Source: Heptranchias perlo (Eukaryota). Taken from it: a DNA stretch of 64,000 nt. Numbering within the stretch: the first letter of the stretch is position 1; every line of letters begins with the position of its first letter. The notes under the pieces were generated by a model, which worked only from the letters and a program-made list of their open reading frames with translations, was not told the DNA's origin and ran no database searches. Location of the stretch: contig NC_090347.1 of NCBI RefSeq assembly GCF_035084215.1, positions 25,668,001 to 25,732,000 on the forward strand, read 5' to 3'. The translations under genes were made by a program, and so were the position numbers. Of this stretch, positions 1 to 11,166 are shown one piece after another.

Positions 1-904
1 TTCTCAACCTCAATTCTGGACTTCCCATTGTCCAGCTTCTAGGGAGATGCTTTATTTGCCATCTGGAGTGTCTCAGAAATTTGAATTTTGTGTTGCTCAA
101 GATGAAAGCTGTTGGTGTTCGGGAATAGAACGTCATTCAATTTTCTGCATGCAATGTCAGAGTTGGCACTCCCTCATCAGATACAGAAGAGATTTGTTCC
201 AAGGCAACATGCTCTCTGCTCCACCTCAGTAAAATATCGTAACTTAAACCTCAGGAGTTCATTCCTTATAATACCGGCTGATAGCCATGTTTCCCACAGC
301 AGCTAATCTTATAGCTCACTTAAAAAATAACAGCAAATGCTAATTTAAAGAGAGTCTATCTTATGACAATTATGAGCTGCTGCCAATCTATAAACTAGCA
401 ACTTGAATTTACCTCAGGATCTCCCTATCTTGAATTAGCCACTCAAGATGTACCTGTCTACAGGCCTTGAAGGGACAGGCAATGTTAAAGAAAGCTCCTC
501 CTTATGCGTTAAATGGAATAATGCTCCTGTCCTTATAAAACTCTGCCTTACTGAAAGCAATGTCATGTGGGAATCCAACAGTACAGTTCAGGATCATAGG
601 TCAACAATCTCACTGGTACAATCTAATTCTGATGCTTCCCTTCATGCTTCACCGAGATTTTCAGCCTATCATCCCAGCCCAGTTGTGGAATTATTTTCTA
701 CACCATGCCCAAGTATGCTTTATTTTTCTACTGGTGAAGCTGACCATCTGGCGTGAGTTCTTGAGTCAGAATCACTTGTAGTGACATTTCCAATAACTAA
801 CCGCAGGCCATATATTTTATCCTCTGTGTGAAACCAGCCAGTGGTACAACTAAATCATGGAAAAACTTGCATTTCAATCAGAAGTAATTAAAACCAAAAC
901 TTAC

Positions 905-1159
905 TTGCATATTTACATGTAATTTCAATGCATACAGAGCAATTATATTTTACGGAACACCATTCTCCAACTACTGGAATGTAACCAGTAATGTTGTACA
1001 GGTTATCTTCTGTATGCGTTATGGTAGAATTAGCAGTCAGGTCGGTTCCATTTTCATTCTGCCAGCGAAGATGTGCGAGCGGATATCCAAGTGCAGCACA
1101 AACAAGAACTTTTTCTCCACCTTGGTCCTTTTCGGTTATTTGTGGCACAGTATATGGAG
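905..1159 (-). CDS. B7-family-like Ig superfamily gene, IgC-like domain exon
   Basis: Acceptor TTTTCAG (AG at 1161-1160), donor GTAAG at 904, 255 nt, phase 1/1. Reads (A)PYTVP..VLVCAALGYPLAHLRWQNENGTDL..LYNITG..YNCSV, matching the B7-type C-x3-GYP-x5-W..Y-x-C pattern. Confidence 0.88.
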
Positions 1160-1917
1160 CTGAAAAGCATGTTTTACAAGTTTCATCTTGTGACCGAAAA
1201 TCGAGTGAGTGCAGCTGAATCAAATTTGACAAACACCGATCCTTACAGTAGCATCACAAACACTATTTTCCCAATGTTTTTATTCGGACTGCTTGCCATT
1301 ACTCACTGCATCATTCAAGTCTGAAGTTTTATTATTTGTCCAAATGAACCAAAAGAGCACTGCCAACTAAAAACAGCACTGTGCGATTTTAGATGATTTA
1401 TTTCAATTACTTTTCCGCCTCTCTACTAAAAGCAGTGACTAATGCTAGAGCATGGTGATATGTATGCCAACAGCCCTCCATTACCTCAGCCCAGCCATTC
1501 TTCATGTGTGAATCCCGAAAGTAAGTGGTGGTAGGAGCTTCAACCACAGGGACCTTAAAGCCAAGCTCAATCTTGCCTTCATCCAATGTCCACACACGCA
1601 CACTTCCAGAATGCATCATTAGACAGCAATCAGGAATAGGAACTCCAGCTGATTGTACCCTGGGGACATTACAGCCAACTCTAGAAGTGCATGGTTACCT
1701 ACGATGTATCTTCACAAGTACTTAACTTCCCCCATATGTCCCAATGCCCCTAGGGACTTAGGACTGTACTGGTCCAGAAAGGACCATGATTACAAATAGC
1801 ACCTTTACTGATGTGATTATATTACAAACTCTTTAGTTTTCATCTTAAATGTCTGATCTGAAATATTGCTATCTCTTGCATTCTTCTGTTGAAAGAAAAT
1901 AGACTTTCTTTACGTAC

Positions 1918-2247
1918 CTTTAATCAGAAGCTCTACATCCGCTAAATCATAGCCACTTGACTGACAATCTAAGAAAATCTGATATTTCCCTTCGTCTGAA
2001 ATTTCCGTCTTCTCAATTATCAGCGATGCATATTCAAAACCTAAATGACATATTCTTTGTTTCTGAGCATTTCTTTTGTTATCTGATGTACATGAAATGT
2101 TGTTCCAGTCAGTAGAATGCACTGGCATGTAACGCCAGGTAATATTACATTCCTTCTTGTTTCGTGATTTGTACTCACAGGACAAGACAGTGCGCTGGTC
2201 ATGTATTCCTGTGACTGGACTCTCACACTGAATAGATGTAAATTTTT
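1918..2247 (-). CDS. B7-family-like Ig superfamily gene, IgV-like domain exon
   Basis: Acceptor TTTATTTCAG (AG at 2249-2248), donor GTACGT at 1917, 330 nt, phase 1/1, open. Reads ..TVLSCEY..NITW..YASLIIEKTEISDEGKYQI..VELLIK and splices in frame to APYT of the next exon. Confidence 0.88.
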
Positions 2248-2343
2248 CTGAAATAAATATGACGATCAGTCAACACTTACACTTCATGGTAAAGAAGCAC
2301 ATAACAGAAATTCTGTATACAGCAGAAACTATGTGATACTCAC

Positions 2344-2410
2344 CGGCTGCAATGTTGAAGAAGAAAAACACAATAAAACAAAGAATTTTTGGAAAATAAG
2401 AAGTGGCCAT
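2344..2410 (-). CDS. B7-family-like gene, signal peptide exon (coding part; exon begins at 2434)
   Basis: ATG at 2410 (AGGATGG), MATSYFPKILCFIVFFFFNIAA + 1 nt, donor GTGAGT at 2343. Upstream acceptor GTTTTAAATAG (AG at 2436-2435) implies an upstream non-coding exon. Confidence 0.85.
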
Positions 2411-2644
2411 CCTTTTTTTCTGGACTTAAAGAACCTATTTAAAACATTAGAACAATACAGCTAACATTATTGGAGAATAATCCGTTTTGGAGACAGTTTG
2501 TTTTTGACCCTTTATGTACTCAAATGCTATATTTATACTGCGTAAGCATTATACATTATTTGAGACTGGGAGCTACATTACGGGTTCAAGACAGGCAATA
2601 TGGTGCCTGTCCTGAAGTGTAATTCTGCTGCTCAGAAAAGAGCT

Positions 2645-2881
2645 CTGTGTATACATACTTATGCTGTGGTCTGCATGTACATACCTGCTTACACTGTAGT
2701 CTGTGTATGCATACTTACACTATGATCTGCACATGCATACTTACACTGTGATCTGCACAAACATGCTTACACTATGGACTGCGCATGCATACTTACACAG
2801 TGGTATGCACATACATGCTTATGCTGTGGTCTGCACATACATGCTTACGCTATGACCTGCAAATACATACTTATGGTGTGG
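2645..2881. repeat. 26-bp minisatellite, left (more diverged) part
   Basis: About 9 degenerate copies of CACTGTGGTCTGCACATACATGCTTA. Confidence 0.9.
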
Positions 2882-3642
2882 TGTAAGGAAATATAGTTTT
2901 CACACAAATGTATGAGGAATTCAAAGGGTTAGACTTAACGGGGTTATGGGTGAGAAACAACAGGAACCAGCCTTAGTGCAATAATACTCGTGGTTAAAAA
3001 CACACAACCATGCTACCTGAGGCAAAAACAGTGAAACAAAGGATGGGCCTGTATGTCCGAACATGTCGCTAAGCAACTACATTCCAGAATCAAGGAAGAA
3101 TGATTGATGGGCCCCTAAAAGTGCTGAAAAGGGAACCATCTATAAGTGGCTTAAGTTTGCAGCAGTAAAAAGGGGGGCTAGGGGTTAACTCAGTTTATAA
3201 GTAGCCAGCCCCTACTCAGACTCAGGGTAGAGGACAGAAAAAGAAAGTACCAGGCAGGTAAACAAGAACAAGAGTACATGAAGGAATGGGGAATGAGTTT
3301 GCAGCTTCTACCCAAAGGACACCAGGGTAACATAATTCTCAACCGTGCTTTGTAAACTACTGCTTAAATATTGTAATGTATTGATTCTTGCTTGTGCTAA
3401 ATAAAGTCATATGGCTATTAACCATTATGGTGTCAGTCTCGAACATTGAACGGAGAGTCAAAATTGACTACAAATTGGCGAGAGCCAGCCAAGAGACTGA
3501 CACAACAGCCATTGGCATATTTGGTGTAAGCGAGATCCGAGGACTGACGTGGACTGATATCACCTAGTCAGTTAAGGATGGGAACCTTCAGGGAGTGTAG
3601 GGCATTGCGACCTGCCAGAACAGAGGGTCAAAATTGACTACA
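2882..3642 (+). mobile_element. Internally deleted LTR retroelement: 5' LTR 2882-3472, PBS, short internal piece, last ~16 nt of 3' LTR
   Basis: TG..CA ends, TATAA motifs and AATAAA (~3400) inside the LTR, terminal GTCAAAATTGACTACA at both 3457-3472 and 3627-3642, 4-bp TSD GTGG (2878-2881, 3643-3646). Confidence 0.85.
3476..3495 (+). promoter_or_regulatory. Primer binding site, tRNA-Arg(ACG) type
   Basis: TGGCGAGAGCCAGCCAAGAG versus the complement of the tRNA-Arg(ACG) 3' end, TGGCGAGCCAGCCAGGAG (2-nt insertion, 1 mismatch), 3 nt after the LTR end. Confidence 0.75.
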
Positions 3643-3841
3643 GTGGTCTGCACATACATGCTTACACTGTGGTCTGCACATACATGCTTACATTGTGGTC
3701 TGCACATATATGCTTACACTGTGGTCTGCACATACATGCTTACACTGTGGTCTGCACATACATGCTTACACTGTGGTCTGCACATACATGCTTACACTGT
3801 GGTCTGCACATACATGCTTACACTGTGGTCTGCACATACAT
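3643..3841. repeat. 26-bp minisatellite, right (homogeneous) part
   Basis: About 7.5 near-perfect copies of the same 26-mer; explains the periodic ORFs 3634..3975 and 3669..3914. Confidence 0.95.
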
Positions 3842-3844
3842 CTG

Positions 3845-4008
3845 TAGATACGGAGGTAGTGCCAGACGACTGGAGAATTGCAAATGTTACTCCCTTGTTC
3901 AAAAAAGGGTGTAAGGATAAACCCAACAACTATAGGCCAGTCAGTTTAACCCCTCAGTGGTGGGGAAACTTTTAGAAAAGATAATCCAGGACAGAATTAA
4001 CAGTCTGA
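3845..4008 (+). mobile_element. CR1 LINE ORF2 fragment
   Basis: VVPDDWRIANVTPLFKKG..NYRPVSLT motif. Confidence 0.85.
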
Positions 4009-4174
4009 CTAAGACCAGCCTGTCAATCAGCCGGTCAGTCCGACCGGAAACCGACAAAAAAAGACGTCCTTACATCAAAATCATAACGACGCCCAGGAAA
4101 CCCGCACTAATGGGGTTCCCAACCTCAACTTGACCACCCCCCATTCCTGGCTCCATTTTAAAATTGAGCCCTTT

Positions 4175-4250
4175 GAGTCTTCCTCACTGCTTACTTTCCC
4201 ACCCAGCTTTGTATGGTCAGTGAACTTGGATACATTACACTCGGTCCCGT
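4175..4250 (-). mobile_element. CR1 LINE RT fragment
   Basis: GTECNVSKFTDHTKLGGKVSSEED, a decayed SKFADDTKLGG motif. Confidence 0.75.
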
Positions 4251-4477
4251 CAGGAAATCCACCTGCTCCAATACCAGAAATTACCCCCAATATCATGGAG
4301 ACCCAAAATGTCAGGGCCTTCTTCACATGTCTCCAAGGAAGGAAAAAATTAAAAGCTTTGCCGAACATTTTTTATGATGACAGTGACCCTTTAAATTGTA
4401 AAACGCACAATGCTGAATATTAAATAATCAGATGAAAACACTCATTGAAGAAAGGTAAGACACTGACCTCCACTTAC

Positions 4478-4600
4478 TGCTCTACCTGAGCCTGAAGTCT
4501 GGTGAGGATTTCCTTTAATACAGAAATATACCCGGACACAAGTGTTTGAAAAGCAACCGGTGCATTCACAGACCACGATCCGACGTGAGAGGAAGGAAAA
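4478..4600 (-). other. Candidate non-coding first exon of the B7-like gene
   Basis: Strong donor GCA|GTAAGTG at 4477 in unique sequence about 2 kb upstream of the signal peptide exon, which requires an upstream donor. The 5' end is a guess. Confidence 0.3.
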
Positions 4601-6014
4601 GCGGAATAAGCAGGTTTAAAGAACTTAAAGACATATCGCAAACTTTTTTAGAAGAACTCCTGAAACAACGAATTACCAGAATCTCCCGCAAGCCGCCACT
4701 TTTCAACAGGTTTCCGCACACATCAAACTCACTGGCTCATTTGTGAACAAAACATTAACCATATAAACGTTTCGGTTGTTCAGACTGGTCCAAATCCACT
4801 GTGAACCACCCGAACATCCATTAGAGATCATTTCACCTTATTATGTTATTTTGTCCGCTGTCGAAATTTTGCCACCAGCGAAATAAAGACGGATATATCC
4901 AAACGGCAACAGAAACAGATTCTGAGCAAATATCTATGTTCCTTGTGGCAGCGGCTATTTCTGCTGATGTGTCAATCTCCTTTAAGGACATCCATTCTGA
5001 CTGATTTTATTTTACTCTCACATTAAAACCAATGTGGGGAGAAAAAATTAGAATGCTTCACTCCTTTGTGACACTCCTTTCACCAAACCTGTCCAAGACT
5101 CCACTCTTGCCAAACCTGTTGAAGTTACTATTAACTGAGTTTCTGTTTCATTCCAGAGCAACCTCAGCAGATCACAATTGTTGTGCCGAGTACTAGGACT
5201 GATTACATTTAAGCTGTCACATGTCAAAAACAAATAAATGCGCACATTATGGCCTCACAAATCCATGGTCAGTCCAGAGACCACCCACCATGAGTCCAGC
5301 AGGGGTCCTGCTGAACAGGGTCCAAATTTGGCAGGGACCCAGATATGCCAAACTCCAGGCTTGAGTTGCATTTTTCAGGCTAGCCTTGAACAAGGCTTTC
5401 TTTAATGTCTTTATTTAATATCCAATAACTCACCACAAAATCATTTGTCCAGGAAATTCCTTGGAAGGGTCCAGAGACATTCCTCACCAGAAGTGGGACA
5501 GAATCCCATTGGAATTCCTGCTTTGTGACAGTCTTTGTCTGCTGTCTTTTTTAATGTTGCTTGACCCCTACAGGGTCATCATTGTAAGTGGGGTGTGGCC
5601 CGGGACGGATCGTTCTTTTCCTGAGGTTGCGCACGGGTGCACTGGATCACTTGGGCGCAGCAAATATCGGAGAACTGGAGGGGTCAGTGTGTACACCTGT
5701 AAACGACCCGGCAGGTAGTCCTTCATTCATTTCAATGGAAGGAAGATCGGGTGGGTTTCTCTACAGGTGTGTGCTATGACCTGTCTGATTGTCAGATATC
5801 TGAGTGCTCAGTGGGATCAGTGCAACTGTGCACAGGCCCAGGAAAATCTCCTCGAAGCCAGATTGGGGGAGGGGGGCAGAATTCTTAACGCGGCCCCCAT
5901 CTGACAGAAGGGGCCACCATTGGGACCATGATCTGCTACTTTTGAGGGAGGATGCGGAGCCCCCGGGGCACGTGGACATGGACTACTTCATTATCTGAGC
6001 AATTATGAATGGAG

Positions 6015-6150
6015 CTGACCACTGTGCAGTCATTAGCGGACAGCCCCACTTCTGATCTGAGGATGGAGGGAAGATCATTGATAAAGCAACTGAAGATGAT
6101 TGGGTCTGGGACACTGCCCTGCGGAACTCTTGGGGCTGAGATGATTGGCC
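6015..6150 (-). mobile_element. Jockey-group (CR1/Crack-like) LINE RT fragment
   Basis: Reverse strand reads PQGSVPDPIIFSCFINDLP, same family as 43627-45218. Confidence 0.65.
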
Positions 6151-6364
6151 TTGGGATGTTTTCCTTACGTTAAAGGTTGTAAAGAAATGCTAATTGTTAT
6201 TGTATACAATGCCCTGAATGAAGAAGGAAAATAGCAGAGAAGAAACTATTTGAATAACCAATTTTGTAGTACTTGCTGCTTAATGAATGGAAGAAAAGTT
6301 ACGGAATTTGCTTCCTCTGTTTTTCACTCGTTACTCGTTCCTCATAGGTATGTTTTGGTACCTA

Positions 6365-6722
6365 CATTCAGGCTTGGGTTGATAAGTGGCAAGTAACATT
6401 CACACTACACGAGTGCCAGGCAAAGATCATCTCCAACAATCGCCGAGTCCTCCACTATCAACATTGACCAGAATCGCAACAGAACCAGCTACACAAATCC
6501 CATGCTACTAGCAGCTGGGTATTCTGCGGTAAGTGATTCACCTTCTGACTCCCCAAAGCCTCTCCTCCACCTACAAGGCACAAATCAGGTTTGTGATGGA
6601 ATACTCTTCACTTGTCTGGAAGTGTGCAACTTCAGCAACATTCAAGAAGCTCGGCACCATCCAGGACAAAGCAATCCGCTTGATCGACACTTTACCCGTT
6701 AGCCTAAGCATCCACCCCCTCC
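6365..6722 (+). mobile_element. Jockey-group (CR1/Crack-like) LINE fragment
   Basis: LLTPQSLSSTYKAQIRFVMEYSSLVW..IQDKAIRLI, homologous to ORF 44465..45172. Confidence 0.8.
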
Positions 6723-6790
6723 AAGGGAAGGGGAGAATTCCAACCATGGGACCCAACAGTCAAAAGCTCTTCCACTGAGCGAACAGCACC

Positions 6791-7047
6791 AGGTGGGAGG
6801 TTGAATGTTCTTGACTGCTGAAGTGTTCCCCGACTGGGAGGGAACCCTCCTGTCTGGCGATTGTTGTGCGGTGTCCGTTCACCCGTTGTCACAGTGTCTG
6901 CATGGTCTCGCTAATGTATCATGCTCCGGGGCATCCTTTCCTGCAACGTATGAGGTAGACAACGTTGGTTGAGTCACAGGAGTCTCAGCCAACGTTGTCT
7001 ACCTCATATGTTGCAGGAACCGCACAACAATCGCTAGACAGGAGGGT
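6791..7047. mobile_element. Penelope-like element, 5' part: inverted GIY-YIG fragment (minus, 6791-6983) plus start of the sense copy
   Basis: Minus strand reads SCDSTNVVYLIRCRKGCPGA*YISET..QRVNGHR..PVGEHFS (GIY-YIG/Uri domain). 6984-7047 repeats part of it on the plus strand. Confidence 0.85.
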
Positions 7048-10000
7048 TCATAAGAACATAAGAAAATAAGAAATAGGAGCAGGAGTAGGCCAATCGGCCC
7101 CTCGAGCCTGCTCCGCCATTCAATAAGATCATGGCTGATCTGATCCTAACCTCAAATCTAAATTCATGTCCAATTTCCTGCCCGCTCCCCGTAACCCCTA
7201 ATTCATTAAATAAATTTAAAACAGAAATAGACAGTTTCTATTTCTGTTTTAAATTTATTTAATGATGTAGCTTCCACAGCTTCCTTGGGCAGCAAATTCC
7301 ACAGACCTACTACCCGCTGAGTGAAGAAGTTACTCCTCATCTCAGTTTTGAAAGAGCAGCCCCTTATTCTAAGATTATGCCCCCTCGTTCTAGTTTCACC
7401 CATCCTTGGGAACATCCTTACCGCATCCACCCGATCAAGCCCCTTCACAATCTTATATGTTTCAATAAGATCGCCTCTCATTCTTCTGAACTCCAATGAG
7501 TAGAGTCCCAATCTACTCAACCTCTCCTCATATGTCCACCCCCTCATCCCCGGGATTAACCGAGTGAACCTTCTTTGTACTGTCTCGAGAGCAAGTATGT
7601 CTTTTCTTAATTATGGAGACCAAAACTGTATGTAGTATTCCAGGTGCGGTCTCACCAATACCTTATATAACTGCAGCAATACCTCCCTGTTTTTATATTC
7701 TATCCCCCTAGCAATAAAAGCCAACATTCCGTTGGCCTTCTTGATCACCTGCTGCACCTGCATACTAACTTTTTGATTTTCTTGCACTAGGACCCCCAGA
7801 TCCCTTTGTACTGCAGTACTTTCCAGTTTCTCGCCATTAAGATAATAACATGCTCTCCGATTTTTCCTGCCAAAGTGCATAACCTCACATTTTCCAATAT
7901 TGTATTGCATCTGCCAAATCTCCGTCCACTCACCCAGCCTGTCTATATCCCCTTGTAGGTTTTTTATGTCCTCCTCACTCTCTACCTTCCCTCCCATCTT
8001 TGTTTCATCTGCAAACTTTGATATGTTACACTCGGTCCCCTCCTCCAAATCGTTAATATAGATTGTAAAGAGTTGGGGACCCAGCACCGACCCCTGCGGA
8101 ACACTACTGGCTACTGGTTGCCAGTCCAAGAATGAACCATTTATCCCAACTCTCTGCTTCCTGTTAGATAACCAATCCCCCAATCCAGTGATTCTTAATC
8201 TTGAGCAATAATCTTTTATGTGGCACCTTGTCGAATGCCTTCTGGAAGTCTAAATACACTACGTCCACTGGTTCCCCTTTATCCACCCTGTACGTTATGT
8301 CCTCAAAGAACTCAAGCAAATTTGTCAGACATGACTTCCCCTTCATAAAGCCATGCTGACTTTGTCCTATTAAATTATGTTTATCCAAATGTTCCGCTAC
8401 TGTCTCCTTAATAATAGACTCCAAAATTTTACCCATCACAGATGTTAGGCTGACTGGTCTATAATTTCCAGCCTTCTGCCTACTACCCTTTTTAAATAAG
8501 GGTATCACATTAACAGTTTTCCAATCTGCCGGGACCTTTGCCGAGTCCAGAGAATTTTGGAAAATTATTACCAAAGCATCCACAATCCCTACTGCCACTT
8601 CCCTCAAGACCCTAGGATGTAAGCCATCAGGTCCAGGGGATTTATCCGCCTTGAGTCCCATTAATTTACTGAGTACCAATTCCTTAGTGATTTTAATCGT
8701 ATTTAGCTCCTCCCCGCTAGAGCCCCCTTTTTGTCCAGTAGTGGGATATTCTTAGTGTCCTCTACCGTAAAGACTGAAACAAAATATTTGTTCAGCATTT
8801 TTGCCATCTCCATGTTTCCCACCATTAATTTCCCGGTCTCATCCTCTCAGGGACCTACGTTTGCCTTAGCTACCCTTTTTCTTTTTATATAACTGTAGAA
8901 ACTCTTGCTATCTGTTTTTATATTTTTTGCTAATTTATTTTCATAATCTATCTTCCCTTTCTTAATCAATCCTTTAGTTACTTTTTGCTGTCTTTTGAAG
9001 ACTTCCCAATCTTCTATCCTCCCACTAAGTTTGGCTACCTTATATGTCCTTGTTTTTAGTTGGATACTATCCTTAATTTCTTTACTTAGCCATGGATGGC
9101 TGTCATTTCTTTCACACCCTTTTTTCCTCAGTGGAATATATTTTTTTGAAAGTTGTAAAATAACTCCTTAAATGAACACCACTGCTCATGTACCGTCTTA
9201 CCCTTTAATCTATTTTCCCAGTCCACTTTAATCAATTCCGCTCTCATACCATCATAGTCTCCTTTATTCAAGCTCAGTACGCTTGTTTGAGAACCAACCT
9301 TCTCACCCTCTAATTGGATATGGAGTGTAACCATGTTATGGTCACTCATTCCAAGGGGATCCTTAACTAGGACATTATTAATTAATCCTGGCTCATGACA
9401 CAGGACCAGGTCCAAGGTTGCTTGCCCCCTTGTAGGATCAGTTACATCCCTAATACACTCAATAAACTCTTCCTCAAGGCTGCCCTGCCCAATTTGATTT
9501 GTCCAGTTAATATGATAGTTAAAATCCCCCATAATTATAACTGTTCCCTTATTACATGCCCCAACTATTTCCTGATTAAAACTTCTTCCAGCAGTGTTGC
9601 AACTATTGGGAGGCCTATATACTACGCCCACTGGTGTTTTTTTCCCCTTATTATTCCTTATCTCTACCCAAACTGTTTCATTGTCCTGATCCTTTGTCCC
9701 AATATAATTTCTCTGTATTACAGTGATTCCTTCCTTTATTAACATAGCCACCCCACCTCCCCTTCCTCCCTGCCTGTCCTTCCTGATTGTTAAATACCCT
9801 GGTATATTTAATTCCCAGTAATTGTCACCCTGCAGCCATGTTTCTGTAATGGCCACAAGATCATACCCATACGTAGTTATTTGTGCCGTTAACTCGTCCA
9901 TTTTGTTATGAATGCTACGTGCATTCAGATAAAGAACTTTCAAATATGTTTTGTGACATTTAGTTCCTGCTTTTTCCTTTTTTAACACTTTACCTTTTAC

Positions 10001-11166
10001 TCCATACCTTCTGTCCCTTCCTGACACGCTTTCCTCTGTCTCCCTGCTCAGGTTCCCAACCCCCTGCCACAGCTTTGATGCTGGGTTAATCGCCTTACGC
10101 CTTCTAGTTTTTATTTTATCTGTCGTGCCTAAAGTACACTTTCTTTCCGCTGCTATATGCTTTTCCCTTTCACTTGTTCTTGAACAACTGTTTGTACTAT
10201 TTGTATTGTAGATTTCCCCTGGGTCTTCCCCTCTCTTGCTGCTCTCAACTTTATTCCCTTCTGACTCCCCGCTCAGGTTCCCATCCCCCTGCCACTCTAG
10301 TTTAAACCTTCCCCAACAGCACTAGCAAACACCCCCGCGAGGACATTGGTCCCGGTCCTGCTCGGGTGTAACCCGTCACGCTTGTACAGGTCCCACCTTC
10401 CCCAGAACCGGTCCCGATGTCCCAGGAATCTAAATCCCTCCCTCCTACACCATCCCTGCAGCCACGCATTCATCCTGTCTATTCTCCTGTTCCTATGCTC
10501 ACTGGCACGTGGCACCGGTAGTAATCCTGAGATCACTACCTTTGAAGTCCTGCTTTTTAATTTATCTCCTAACTCCTTAAATTCACCTTGCAGGACCTCA
10601 TCCCTTTTTTTACCTATGTCGTTGGTACCAATATGGACCACAACTACTGGCTGTTCACCCTCCCCCTCCAGAATGCCCTGCAGCCGCTCTGTGACATCCT
10701 TGACCCGAGCACCAGGGAGGCAACATATCATCCTGGAGTCACGTTTGCGGCCGCAGAAACGCCTATCTGTTCCCCTTACAATTGAATCCCCTATCACTAT
10801 AGCCCTGCCAATCTTCTTCCTCCCCTCCTGTGCAGCAGAGCCACCCGTGGTGCCCCGAACCTGGTTTTTGCTGCTTTCCTCTGATAAGCCATCTCCCCCA
10901 ACAGTATCTAAAGCAGAATATCTGTTTGAGAGGGAGATGGCCCCAGCGGACTCCTGCTCTACCTACCTAGTCCTTTTACTCTGCCTGGCGGTCACCCATT
11001 TCCTTTCTGCCTGCGTAATCTTTACCTGCGGTGTGACCACCTCATTGAACGTGCTATCCATGATAGTCTCAGCATCGCGGATGCTCCACAGTGAATCCAC
11101 CTGCAGCTCCAGCTCCGAAAGACGGTTAGCCAGTAGCTGCAGCTGGACACACTTCCTGCACACATG
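7048..11166 (-). mobile_element. Near full-length CR1 LINE (ORF1 zinc finger/coiled coil + SGNH esterase; ORF2 APE endonuclease + RT), disrupted
   Basis: ORF1 pieces 10963-11166 (CRKC) and 10297-10797 (GDSIVR, HIGTND, DGLH). APE 9128-10027 (YLNARS, ITETW, MGDFN, SDH). RT 7206-8679 (PQGSVLGP, KFADET). (TTCTTATG)n tail at ~7048. Confidence 0.97.

Noticed and set aside
905-2410. Naming the Ig gene CD274 (PD-L1), CD276 or CD80/86
   Set aside because: Architecture is B7-like, but the cysteine pattern is atypical and no transmembrane, cytoplasmic or syntenic evidence is in the window.
3643-3841. CRISPR-like or Cys/His-rich protein repeat
   Set aside because: Head-to-tail 26-bp units without spacers; the periodic ORFs are a by-product of a stop-free unit.
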